A stretch of 64,000 bases of DNA from Rhynchopus sp. YZ270_cl-10 (Eukaryota). A model generated the notes under the pieces. It did no database searches. It had not been told where the DNA came from and worked only from the letters and a program-made list of their open reading frames with translations. Each line of letters opens with the position of its first letter. The first letter of the stretch is position 1. The stretch is taken from assembly GCA_964035575.1 (NCBI GenBank), contig OZ037835.1, positions 434,001 through 498,000 on the forward strand, in the 5' to 3' direction. Position numbers and translations under genes: made by a program. Of the stretch, positions 21,180-32,779 are shown piece after piece.

Positions 21180-22107
21180 ATAAAATCTACATTCTTGAGC
21201 TCTTCTAAACGACGTGATTTTCATTGGACGCATCCCCAGTCTCATCACCAAGCGATCAACAAAGACCTCTACCCAAGCAGGACCACCAAGTATAAATTTA
21301 TTAGTGTGTATGTAACAGCTCAGATGCTGCAGGGAGCTGAGGGAGGAAATAACGGAGAAATAAAATCGGTTCGATAAAAAGAAAAAGCGAACTTATTGGT
21401 TAATCTTGTTCAGATTCCTGGTAAAAGCAAAGTGAATTTGAGCTTTTGTGACACACTCAACGATATGGGGGCCAATATGGAGTCACAGCCACCAACACTC
21501 CTCCTCCGTCTTTTTCCTGCGCTTCCAGGAAAACTCGCGTATGCGCCTAGGCTGTATTTTTATTAGGGGGAATGGGGAAGAAAAACGGGAAACGAAACAG
21601 GGGTAGAGATTAGGAGAGTTTGTGAGTTTTGCGCTCCACTTTTTGAAAACTGATATGTTTACAAAAAAGGAGCCAAATAGAAAAGCTGACAATACAAAGC
21701 CCTCTCGTGACAGTGTACCTGGGTGCATCCGCTCTGTACAAGAGGAGAACATCACTTTGCTTGCATGCAGTACTACGCACACCACTTTGTGAGCGGAAAG
21801 TGTCACGTCGGTCACTAAGCCTCCACAACACCACCGCTCTACAAAGTGAGACTGTGTGTGTAGAAGCGTCGCATCAAACAACTACAAGAAGGGGGAGGGG
21901 AAAATTACTTTCACACACCGTAAAATGAAATACCCCCCTTCTTTATTTATTCGTTGTTTGTTGTTTGTTGATCGCATCCATCCCGAAAACCCCGAAAAAC
22001 CCGCGTCCTGAAGTACGGTGGAGAGGTGGAGCACAAGGGGGGAAGGGGAAAACGGTAAAACTCATGACAATCGACGAGCGCGTCTTTCATTTCCAGACGT
22101 ATTGCAT

Positions 22108-22730
22108 CAGGGTATTAGGGTGGTTAAAAAAACTGGTTTTGAAAACCAGTTTTTCCAAAAACTGGTTTTCAAAAAAAAAAAAAAAACAGAGAAATCTGGA
22201 GGGGAAAAAAAAACCGACACTTTTCACCAGGCCTTTCTCGCATTTTTTCCCCGCCTGGTAGAACCGTGGTTGAACCACGGGAGTGCCTTTGGGAAATGGC
22301 TGTTCCTTGATTTTTTTTTTTGCCTGCGGCGCCATTTTTCATTTTTTGCTCCGCAAAAAAGGGTTCGTTGAGTGGCTCTGTGGTGTAAAAAGCTAGATTT
22401 CTACACCGTACCCTCAAAATTTTTCGCCTGCGGCGCCATTTTATATTATTTTTTTTGCTCCGCAAAAAAATACAGTCCCAATGTTCCCAATGTCTACCCT
22501 GGTCAGCAGCGCCGAAATATATTTTGAGCAAAAAACAAGCTGACCTCCCCAATCTTGAAATCTGGATTCCTGGATAAGACACTGACCCCACCCCCGAAAA
22601 ACCCGAAAAAGGTGACTGTGTCCGTCAACGGTGGAGGTTTTCGCCGGAAACACTAGTTTTCGCCACCCAGGAGAGAAAACCAGAAAAACCAGTTTTTTCC
22701 GGAATTTTGGATTTTCACCCTAATACCCTG
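22108..22730. mobile_element. Non-autonomous CAGGG-ended DNA transposon (hAT- or P-like); its left end recurs at 31225-31281
   Basis: 15-bp TIR CAGGGTATTAGGGTG/CACCCTAATACCCTG; 7-bp TSD attgcat. Confidence 0.88.
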
Positions 22731-23205
22731 ATTGCATACTCGTACAAAAAAAAAAAAAAAAGAATAAGCACAAAAGGGGTACAGTAGTTTGATTAGGCAT
22801 GTGTGTGCTTCGCTTCCCAGTCCGTACCGTAAGAGAACGGAGTCAAGACACAACCGCTGGGCAAGCCCACGCGACCCAACCTAAACGACTGGATTTTATT
22901 TTGCAAAAGATGGTTACCGTGAAAAATCAGTGGGACCCAAAGGGCAATCACGGCTCAGTACGAAAACGCGCACGTATCATCCAATCACCGCGACCTGCCA
23001 GGCGTCATCAGATGCTCCTTACGTAGTGGGGGAGCTAGCGGACAGTGTAGAGGGGGTGGGGGTGGGGGGCAGCACTCTCTACCCTTCTGAAGAAGGGTGT
23101 CTTTCCTTGGGACATATCGCGAAAAGTGCAATGCGGACATGAGAAGTCATTTCCAGGATGAAAATATCACTCCTGGGTGGCCAAACGCCACAGAAATCAC
23201 CAGTG

Positions 23206-25620
23206 TCATCCGACCCGTGTAAAGTCAAGAGAGAGCGGGGAAAACGCCTTTGTCTGTTGTGCAGTCCGAAACACCTGAGGTACATTAGCCTCCAGATCCG
23301 CACTCAGTTTCTTCTCAAAATCTCCGTTCACGATGGCAATCATAAACTCGTTCGCTTGGGCCTCAGCAGACGTCTCTGTGTGTTCAAGTGCATACATCCA
23401 CTCTTCGTTCGTTGAAGTTGGCATCCCAGTCACGTTGCACAGAATGACAGGTTTTCCGCTTTTTGGGTGCACAACAGCATCGACAACGGTGTGTGGGAAT
23501 CCCTTACAGCGTTCCATCAGCTTCACGTCCGTCGTGCAGGTCAGCTTTCTTGTCTTGTTGAAGGCCTCCAGCTGCGACACCCACGGAAGGCAGTCTGAGA
23601 GGACTGTGAACCGCCGCATGGTCTTCGTCCCCATGTTGCCTACCTTCGCCTTCCCACACGCCGCACCAAACGACATCGTGAAGCCCTGGACGCTCTCCTT
23701 GATTTTGATCGCACTTTCGAGGGGCTTCGTGTAGTAAGAAGGCTTTGCTTTCACGGTGTTCCAACCAACGAGGAAGACGTCACCTGTGAACGAGTCAAGC
23801 ACACCTCCTTGTGTGCAGTCCAGAACAGTGCTGAGGACTTGCCCGTGTTGGGAGAGCAGTTCCTTGTCACTGCATCCAGAAAAGGTCTGCGACCAGCCGA
23901 CGATGTTGGCACGGAGGACACCGATTGGCTTGCTCTGCAGACACAGCGTCAGGTCGGCTTGGTGTGCTCTGTGCATCCTAGACCCTATGGACTGGATGGT
24001 GGTGACGGTGTCACCACTCTTGTGACCTTGTGACGTACTCGTGCACCCTGTAAACCCCTCTGTATCCTCTTCAGTGCTGTGCTGCTCTGCCAGAACAGAC
24101 TCAGGCATGAACGCACGAAACTCTTGAAGTCTGTCAATCGACAGCGAGAGACCATGGATCAAAGACTTCACCTCGCTCACCATGAAGCATCTGGTCGCGT
24201 ACTCCTCCACAGCAGACGCAGCAACGGCAGTGTCGAGGTTGCCCAACGCTTGGATCGCTTGCGACGAGCGTTTCAGGGGCAGTGCAATGAACACCACTTC
24301 AACCACAGAGATCATAATGTCAAAGGCAAGAACAACACTTGTGAAGATGATCAGCAGCACCAACGCTTTGTTCACCTCGCCTTGAATGGACGACACTGGA
24401 CGCAGCCAGAACAGCTCTGCATTGCTGAAGATGTGTGTCTTCCTTGCAAAGTACTCATCTCCGTCAAGCGTCAGCTTTGTGAACACATCAAACGGTTCGG
24501 CGTTGAACTTCACATACGCTTGCTGCAGGTACTCGGGCAGGTTCTCAACACGGGACGCACACCCCAGGTCAGGATCGACGTTGGTCCCAACTGTCTGGCA
24601 ACGTTCAGGAACCATGTTGTCACCTGTGGTGGAGACGTACACAACAGTCGTCACACGGTCGACAATCAGTGCTGTTGTGTCGGGACGGCTCTTCTTGTAC
24701 TCAACGAAAGGTGGCACCCAAGACGAGTACAGAAACCCAACCAAGAAAGAAACTGCACGGTAGCCTGACCACGGGTGTGGTGCTGGGGGGGGTGCGTAGA
24801 AGGACTCCAGATCGTTATACGTGTAGAGCAGGTCCCTTGAATACCACTTGCCAAGCAACCAACGTGAACCCGCAGCACCAGGTGCACGCCGATCCTCATC
24901 CCAGTCATACTTATCGCGGCTATCATCAGCAGGAATGCTCGGAGTCTTCGGATCCCACCATTCTGGGAATCTGTCCAAGAAATACTTCCCATCCCACGTG
25001 TACAGGAAATTGCCGAGGTACCCAAACCCGGAGAGAGCCCATGCACGGACCCACATGTACAGCACCTCCCCTGTTGTTTGGTCCCTCGGAAAGTACTCAG
25101 TCTGGTTCATGTACGGTGCGTAGTGTGCGTGCATGTAATCCTCAGAGCCGTCCTTGCGCGGGGAGGTAAACACTAGTGATACGAACCCCGACCCGTCGTC
25201 CAGGTCAAACGGGTGCAACATAACCATGCAAGCTACAAGAGTGGGCGACGAAGATACAAGTGAGTAACACTGCGTGCGTGTGATGTTGGCCCACTCCTCT
25301 GAGTTGTTGTTCTTGATCGTCTCGAGTGAGTATACCACTTTATGAAAGGCACCTGTGAACTCAGATGTCTTGTCCAGCACTGCCACGATGCTGTCACGCA
25401 GACTGGCCACTTCTCCTGCGCTTGTCTCCTTCACAGACGCTTCAAGCGAGGAAAGACCTTGGAAGTAGAGGACAAGACCTCCAGCCATGGAGGACGCTGT
25501 GCTGAAGACAGTTGCCACCATGATCATCGACATGATGGGAACACCGCATCCCTTCTTCTTGCTGCGGGCACTTGCTTGTTCTGGCATTATGTTTGCTCTT
25601 TCGCTATTGAAAACCTGCAT
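23206..25620 (-). CDS. Receptor-type class III cyclase-like protein, paralog 2 (804 aa from MQVFN; the start may be MPEQ at 25587)
   Basis: Two TM helices; IALPLKR..SEVKSL (HAMP-like); EFRAFMPESV; DSFTGD; GKAKVGNMG; EEWMY. Confidence 0.85.
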   Translation of the reverse strand: MQVFNSERANIMPEQASARSKKKGCGVPIMSMIMVATVFSTASSMAGGLVLYFQGLSSLEASVKETSAGEVASLRDSIVAVLDKTSEFTGAFHKVVYSLETIKNNNSEEWANITRTQCYSLVSSSPTLVACMVMLHPFDLDDGSGFVSLVFTSPRKDGSEDYMHAHYAPYMNQTEYFPRDQTTGEVLYMWVRAWALSGFGYLGNFLYTWDGKYFLDRFPEWWDPKTPSIPADDSRDKYDWDEDRRAPGAAGSRWLLGKWYSRDLLYTYNDLESFYAPPPAPHPWSGYRAVSFLVGFLYSSWVPPFVEYKKSRPDTTALIVDRVTTVVYVSTTGDNMVPERCQTVGTNVDPDLGCASRVENLPEYLQQAYVKFNAEPFDVFTKLTLDGDEYFARKTHIFSNAELFWLRPVSSIQGEVNKALVLLIIFTSVVLAFDIMISVVEVVFIALPLKRSSQAIQALGNLDTAVAASAVEEYATRCFMVSEVKSLIHGLSLSIDRLQEFRAFMPESVLAEQHSTEEDTEGFTGCTSTSQGHKSGDTVTTIQSIGSRMHRAHQADLTLCLQSKPIGVLRANIVGWSQTFSGCSDKELLSQHGQVLSTVLDCTQGGVLDSFTGDVFLVGWNTVKAKPSYYTKPLESAIKIKESVQGFTMSFGAACGKAKVGNMGTKTMRRFTVLSDCLPWVSQLEAFNKTRKLTCTTDVKLMERCKGFPHTVVDAVVHPKSGKPVILCNVTGMPTSTNEEWMYALEHTETSAEAQANEFMIAIVNGDFEKKLSADLEANVPQVFRTAQQTKAFSPLSLDFTRVG

Positions 25621-25994
25621 TGAGTGGAAGTGGGGAGGTGGGATGTTGAGGGCTGCAGAATGCTGTCGCAAAATAAACTGGTGGGGCCTTTGTTTTTGTG
25701 TAAACTGCGCAGAAGCGGCACCTGCTGGACCTGGTTTGTCATTGGATGTTACACCGTCCACAGAGCACAAACATGTGCACTACGATGATGGCAGTGTTCA
25801 AAAAGAGTTCCTTTGTAGGTGACAAACAGTAATTGAAGCAACTATGAAACATGAATAATGCAAACTCGTATCCACCCATACGCAAACAATAAAGCAATAA
25901 AAACAATAAAGACAAAAGGGAGAGGTTGTGGTGAAACGCACACCTTGTCGGTGAAGTGTGTCTCTGCTCCAACCTGCCGCTAAATAAAAATAAA

Positions 25995-27809
25995 AAGAAA
26001 AGTTCGATTTCGGCCTCGAAAATACCCGTGACACCGATTTGTCACGGTACTTTGTCACGGAATTTTTTTGAAAGATTCGATTTCGTGACAAAAAAAGTTC
26101 GATTTAGTGACAAGCCGATTTTTTCATTGACACACAAAATTCAATTTAGTGACAAATGACTTTTTTCATTGACAAAAAAAAGTTCGATTTCGTGACAAAT
26201 CCATTTTTTTTATTTTTCCTTCCTTCAAAACTTCACACACAACGCTTTTTTGGTTTTTGGGAGACACACAAGGTGCCAGGTTCTATGGTAAGCACGGAAC
26301 CACCCTGCACCTGTTTGTCATGTTGTTTCCCGTGCAATACATGGAGAAACGTTTCGCACTCGAAACAAAGCTTTTTTAATAAAAAATGAACGAAGCACAA
26401 AAACAAGCGTGTGTGGAAGAAAAAAGAAAAGGGAAAATATTTTTTCTGATTCACAGTGGTGTTTATGTTTTGGGTACGGGGCGGAGAATAAAATCTGTTC
26501 GATAAAAGAAACGCAAGCTTTTTGTTTTATCTTGTTCATTTTATTGACAAAAAAATGTCAATGAAAAAATGGATTTTGTCAAGGAAACCGAACTTTTTGT
26601 CAAGGAAAAAGTCGTGACAGCCAACCCGCCAGTCACTGAAAAGTGACCAGACAGACACTTGACAAACACAAAAGAGGCCATTCTTGAGCTGTCTAGAAAC
26701 CGAAGGGCAGAGACTGAAGGAAGACACAAGGTATGATAACTTGCAAGACTTAATTAGTATGTAGTATATCGCTAACACTGTCAGGCTTGCACGCCTCTGG
26801 CCAGAGACCAGCCCCACTAATGATATGCACTAGACATCACACTCATTGCAGATTTCATTTTCATTCGGTAAAAAATTAATGGGTGCGCAAGTTTCTATAC
26901 CTAATACTATATGTGACCCCAACCCTCACCCACACATTGCACACACCAAAACAGATCGAATCCACCAGCGCATGCGACGGAAGCAGATTCAGATTGTGGT
27001 TTGGATAAGCAGAGCTTGGTTTATTGTCAGACATCTCACCATGCATTGAGGAGGGTAAGACAGTGGTCACAGTTTCTACTTGATAGCATTACAACATTTA
27101 ACTTCTCCACGGGGGTCTTGGGCCGTTCACTCGGTTATACCTTGACTACCGGAAGAGGCCTTTTGGTCTCTAGAATATCCGGTATTCCCGAACGGAGGCA
27201 CACTTTGTGTGTTACTACGACCTGGCAACTTCCAGCAGTAGGTTACCGTATTCGTAAATATGTTCGACCGTAAAAAGTGTCGAACTTCCAGAAAAATCCG
27301 GAAAATGACGAACTTTATTACGGTCGAACATATTTACGGTCGAACATTAGTACGGTCGAACATATTTACGAATACGGTAAGTAATCTTTCTTGTAAATTG
27401 TTGGATCATTATCTCCTCAGTGTATGAATGCCCCACGCGACTGGACACTTTTGTGTTTGTCAAGTGGACTGTCTGGTCACTTTTCAGTGACAGGCGGGTT
27501 GGCTGTGGTTGCCCTGTCACGACTTTTTCCTTGACAAAAAGTTCGATTTCGTGACAAAATCCATTTTTTTCATTGACATTTTTTTGTCAATGAAAAAATG
27601 GATTCGTCACGAAATCGAACTTTTTTTGTCAATGAAAAAAGTCATTTGTCAATAAATTGAATTTTGTGTGTCAATGAAAAAAATCGGCTTGCCACTAAAT
27701 CGAACTTTTTTTGTCACGAAATCGAATCTTTCAAAAAAAAATTCCGTGACAAATTACCGTGACAAATCGGTGTCACGGTAATTTTCGAGGCCGAAATCGA
27801 ACTTTTCTC
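25995..27809. mobile_element. Non-autonomous Mutator-like element with ~350-bp TIRs; the left TIR is split by a family C insertion (26209-26540)
   Basis: 25995-26208 plus 26541-26680 form the reverse complement of ~27442-27809; 9-bp TSD aaaaataaa (low complexity). Confidence 0.8.
27246..27377. mobile_element. 132-bp Tc1/pogo-like MITE nested in the MULE-like element
   Basis: TIR CCGTATTCGTAAATATGTTCGACCGTA; TA on both sides. Confidence 0.88.
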
Positions 27810-27905
27810 AAAAATAAATAAAAACAGTTGGGGTACGGTCAGGGGAGTTCCTAAGGGACCGAGAACATGAAATTATGGATTTAATTCCCCCCCCCCCCCC
27901 CCTTA

Positions 27906-29115
27906 GGGTCTATCAAAAGCTAGTGGCAAACGTCATTTTTTAAGAAACCCCAACCACGGCTTCCATAGTGTTTCTGACCATACCAACCCACCCACACACC
28001 CCCAAAAACCGTCTCAGGCCCCGAGTTTACCCTTTTTTGGCACTTTAGTGGCTCTGATTTTAAAAATTCAGAAAAAAAAAATGGGTGTCCATGACTTCGT
28101 ACCTTTCCACCCCCCCCTCTTTTCCCATATTTATTTTAAATTCAGTTTCCTCTTCTGCTTTGGGCGAGTATTGCTGGATGAAACCAGAAAATATGTCCAT
28201 CGTGACCCCAAAAATCGAATTCCGCCCGGTTTTGGGCACTTTTGACCACTTCTGAGCGACTTTTTTGCATTTTTTCAAAAGTGACCACCAACTTGTACCT
28301 GCCCACCCCCCCGTAGATAGAGCAACTCACATATCCATCAGCCTCAGTGTTAGCCAGGGGCCAGAAAAGCCCCCAAAGCCACATATTTTCACCCCAGAAC
28401 CTATCCCGAGGGGTACCCAGGCGGTTTCGGGGTGTTTAGAGGGACTTGGTGGAACTTAGAACCATGTTTCAAAAAGTGTCCAAGAACTCGTACCAAGGGT
28501 TTGCCCTCCCAAGGGACCAAGTACTTGTACCCTTTTTGAAACATGGTTCTAAGTTCCACCAAGTCCCTCTAAACACCCCGAAACCGCCTGGGTACCCCTC
28601 GGGATAGGTTCTGGGGTGAAAATATGTGGCTTTGGGGGCTTTTCTGGCCCCTGGCTAACACTGAGGCTGATGGATATGTGAGTTGCTCTATCTACGGGGG
28701 GGTGGGCAGGTACAAGTTGGCGGTCACTTTTGAAAAAATGCAAAAAAGTCGCTCAGAAGTGGTCAAAAGTGCCCAAAACCGGGCGGAATTCGATTTTTGG
28801 GGTCACGATGGACATATTTTCTGGTTTCATCCAGCAATACTCGCCCAAAGCAGAAGAGGAAACTGAATTTAAAATAAATATGGGAAAAGAGGGGGGGGTG
28901 GAAAGGTACGAAGTCATGGACACCCATTTTTTTTTTCTGAATTTTTAAAATCAGAGCCACTAAAGTGCCAAAAAAGGGTAAACTCGGGGCCTGAGACGGT
29001 TTTTGGGGGTGTGTGGGTGGGTTGGTATGGTCAGAAACACTATGAAAGCCGTGGTTGGGGTTTTTTTAAAAAAATGACTTTTTGCCACCCTTTTTAGTAC
29101 CCTTTTGATAGACCC
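27906..29115. mobile_element. Foldback-type palindromic element, ~570-bp arms and ~55-bp spacer
   Basis: Termini GGGTCTATCAAAAG/CTTTTGATAGACCC with TA TSD; arms nearly identical (mirror ORFs in the ORF track). Confidence 0.92.
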
Positions 29116-29692
29116 TACCCCCCCCTTTTTTTTCCTTTTTCCCTTAAGGGAGCTTTCTTGTGGTTTCTAGTGGGTTTCACTGTAGGTGACACACCACCAG
29201 TGTGGTGAAATGGTCGAAACTCTCAAAAGCAAGAGTTTTCAGGGGGCATTGATAGATCGTTTGTACATAGAAATATAGGTTGGTTCTCTCTGTATTGATT
29301 TGGCTTTTGTTTTTTTTGCCGAAAAAAGCATTTTAGTTTGATGTTAACTGCAAAAGATAACTACAAGCAAGATTGCTTTAAAATTTGTTGAGTATCAAGC
29401 CTTACTATCTTGTGTCTCTTTTGGCTAACACTCCTTTGTGGAAACAAGAAAAAAAGGGAGGGGGTAAAAGAGTTAATTTCTAGTTACGGCGGTCTGCTCC
29501 TTGGCCAGGATTCAGCCCCGTGACGCGCGCTCATCAGAAGGAGCCAGGGCTATTTTGGGGTGGGGTTGGGAAAACAAAGGGGGGGTGGGGCAGTCTGCAA
29601 TCCCTGACGCTGCCTACCAAATATGTGGATGTATTTTTTCCTGAAAACACTTGTTTTTTTTGGAACGTTTCGTGACAAATCTTTTCAAAAGA

Positions 29693-30503
29693 AAAACAAG
29701 TAATTGCTATCGGAAAAAAAACGGGGTGTGATGTGGAACTCCATCCTGTAGAAATAATCTACAACACGCCCAGCATTCTGCTCTTCTGCAGGTATGCTAA
29801 CGCTCTTCGTAAGCTGTCAGACCCACTGGGACGCCAGCATCTGAAACGTTCAAGAAGGGGGGCTGTCCTCTTCGTCCAGCACCATCTGCTCGATAGCGTT
29901 GTTGGACGTCGGCTCGGCAGGCTCGGCGTGTTCCAGCTCGTTTTTGTCCACAGGCTCCCCACATTGTCGTCGTCGTTGGAGCAGTGCGGAAGGAACACAG
30001 AATGCACAGACTACAACACATCGATCACACCAGTACATCAGCACCTACATCAAATCGCCAGGATGCTACGGTGGTTTCGAAAATCGCGCGGAGTTTTCCA
30101 CAGCACACCCGTTTTTCCTTAGCAATTACTTGTCCTTGTTGTTACTGTTATTTTCAACCACCTTCCTTCAACCCTTGTAGGGATCAGTTGTAATTTTTTT
30201 CGCGAAAACATGAAATTATACATTTCAAGAGAACAAATTAAAAAGGGTCCTTATTTGCATTTTTGGGCTCCGCCCGTGCAGTGGTGGGGTCAATCTCGAA
30301 AATTGGACAATTTTTTGACTACTTAAATTTTGAGAAATATGAGCCCGGTTGCTTATACGTGGGGCCCATTTTCAGCTAAAATTTTCCTCAAAATCTGGTT
30401 TTGTAAAATTGACCCTTTCCCCCCCCCCCACATCGATTTCAATACTATACCTTACTTCACCTACGGTTACCCTTACAAGGGGGTGAAGGAAGGTAAGTTG
30501 AAA
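29693..30503. repeat. Dispersed repeat family A, copy 2
   Basis: Collinear with 15830-16620. Confidence 0.9.
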
Positions 30504-31224
30504 AATCAATCCAAAAGTCCAAAAAAAAAAATGTTTACTGGTGTTCTTCATAAAAACCCCAAAATGCTCGAGAGACTCGTTACTCTTTGCTTGTTGCTCA
30601 AAAGGATAAAAACGGGAAGAGGAAAATTAGGTTGTTTGTTGTTCGCTTCCACACCACTTCTGCACTCAGATTCAAGTCTTTGGCTGTCCTTACAAGCGCC
30701 TGCCAAAACGCTCGCCTCGTGGGTGTGGACTTTCTTTTTTTTTTTTTGTTGTGTCGACAATCGCCGAGTAATCCCACCAGGTGGGAGAATTCGGGTCTGT
30801 ACTCATTGTTGGCCGAAGCCTTTGTACTACGCAAGGTATAGACGTCGTTCGTCCTGAACCCTTGAGAGCAACTTTTAGGATGAAAAGAACCTTCAAAGGG
30901 GTAGTCCGCATCAAGGTGTTGTACACCATTGCACGGCTACATGCTAAGAAGGGGGTGTTGGAGGTTACAGTTAATAAACTGCCCTCTGTTCAAAAGTGGG
31001 AAAGTGGTGGTGGGGATTTTTTATATTTCTTTCTTCTTTTCTTTTCTCGACTTGATAACGGTAAATACGCAGATTTACGGTTTGAATGTGTTTTTCCTGA
31101 AGTACAGAAAATGTTGTGGAGCACAAAGGGGAACAGAGAGGGGGAAAGCAAGTGGGGAAGTGGATACGCAGAACGCGCAACTTTTCACGAGGGTCTCGAG
31201 CATTTTGTCAAATACTACGTGTTT
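30503..31224 (+). repeat. Dispersed repeat family D (near-identical copy 42815-43601; diverged pieces at ~22015-22107, 41045-41150, 61378-61950)
   Basis: Identical ORF translations at 30781 and 43157; CxxCxP motif in diverged copies. Confidence 0.88.
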
Positions 31225-31579
31225 CAGGGTATTAGGGTGGTTAAAAAAACTGGTTTTGAAAACCGGTTTTTCCAAAAACTGAGTCAGCAGGGTTTCCGCG
31301 TAGGCTTTTGGTCCCCCCGCCCGGGGGGACCAAATTTTGGGAATCGCTAGGGGGGCCTATGCACCGGCTATTCCTTCATTTGGCTCGGAAAATTTGGCGC
31401 CTTTCGGCAAAAAAACCCAAAAAATATGTGAAACTACCCTATATTCCACACCAAAAATCACTTTCCGCCGGGTTTCAGGCACTTTTGAGCCATTTTTCGA
31501 CCTTTAGATGCAAAAACATCAAAAAATAGAGCAAAATGGCTCACAGCGCCACATAAACCGTACAGTTCCTCAAGGAATA

Positions 31580-32008
31580 GTACCAGAATTTTACTTCCTG
31601 GGTAGGTGACTAATGAACATCCTCCCCAAAGTACCCAAATTTTACTTCCTGGGTATGTGACCAATGAACATCCTCCCAAAAGTACCAGAATTTTACTTCC
31701 TGGGTATGTGACCAATGAACATCCTCCCAAAAGTACCCAAATTTTACTTCCTGGGTAGGTGACCAATGAACATCCTCCCAAAAGTACCCAAATTTTACTT
31801 CCTGGGTAGGTGACCACTGAACATCCTCCCAAAAGTACCCAAATTTTACTTCCTGGGTAGGTTACCAATGAACATCATCCCAAAAGTACCCAAATTTTAC
31901 TTCCTGGGTAGGTGACCAATGAACATCCTCCCAAAAGTACCCAAATTTTACTTCCTGGGTAGGTGACCAATGAACATCCTCCCAAAAGTACCAGAATTTT
32001 ACTTCCTA
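31580..32008. repeat. 51-bp satellite, left block (~8 units)
   Basis: Unit gtacccaaattttacttcctgggtaggttaccaatgaacatcctcccaaaa. Confidence 0.95.
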
Positions 32009-32779
32009 CACGGCGGGGCTGTGTCACACCTGTGACACAGCTGAGGGTGTGTAACTTTCAATGATATGCGACATTTTGTGACAGTGTCACCGTGACACTG
32101 TCACAAGCTGTGTGACACTGTCACAAATCGTGTGACACTGTCACGGTGACACTGTCACAAGTCGTGTGACACTGTCTCCGTGACAGTGTCACAGTGGTGT
32201 GACACAGTCACAGTGGCTATTGCCTCCCAGGGAAAGGGACTCTCAAAAATTTTTTTTTGCCCAAAACAGGGCTAATTTCGACGATTTGAGGCCATTAAAA
32301 GCAAAAACTGGCACTTTTGAGCATCTGTGGGGGTCTAAAACGCGGTTTGCGCACCCGATTTTTCGTGGTTTTTGCCGTAGACAATTTTTTTCTTTAAAAA
32401 GTCAATCTGAGGTTTTTTTTGGATTTTTTGGGCCATTTTATGACCTACCACGCCCGATCTCGGGCGGGGAAAAAAAAATTTTTTTTTAGTCAAAAATCGC
32501 CCTTATCTAACCACTGTTTAGGTAGGTTCTGGGGGCTGGTGCTGATATACATGCATGTCCATTCCACAGGTTGCGGGGGTCCCAGATGTTGCCCGGGTAA
32601 AGGGTCATATGATGTATATAATTGCACAGTTTATACAGTGCAAACTGTTGTTTCATTAGATGCGATGCAATGACAGAGTATTGTTGCTTTATTTCCTTTC
32701 AGTCCTCAGTTGTTCAGGTCACTAATATTCCAGCATATATTGATGATACTGCCTGGTTTGGTTGTATGACCATAATGTT

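Noticed and set aside
29496..29545. Hammerhead ribozyme (CTGATGAG on the minus strand)
   Set aside because: No GAAA, stem III or UH elements in the required positions
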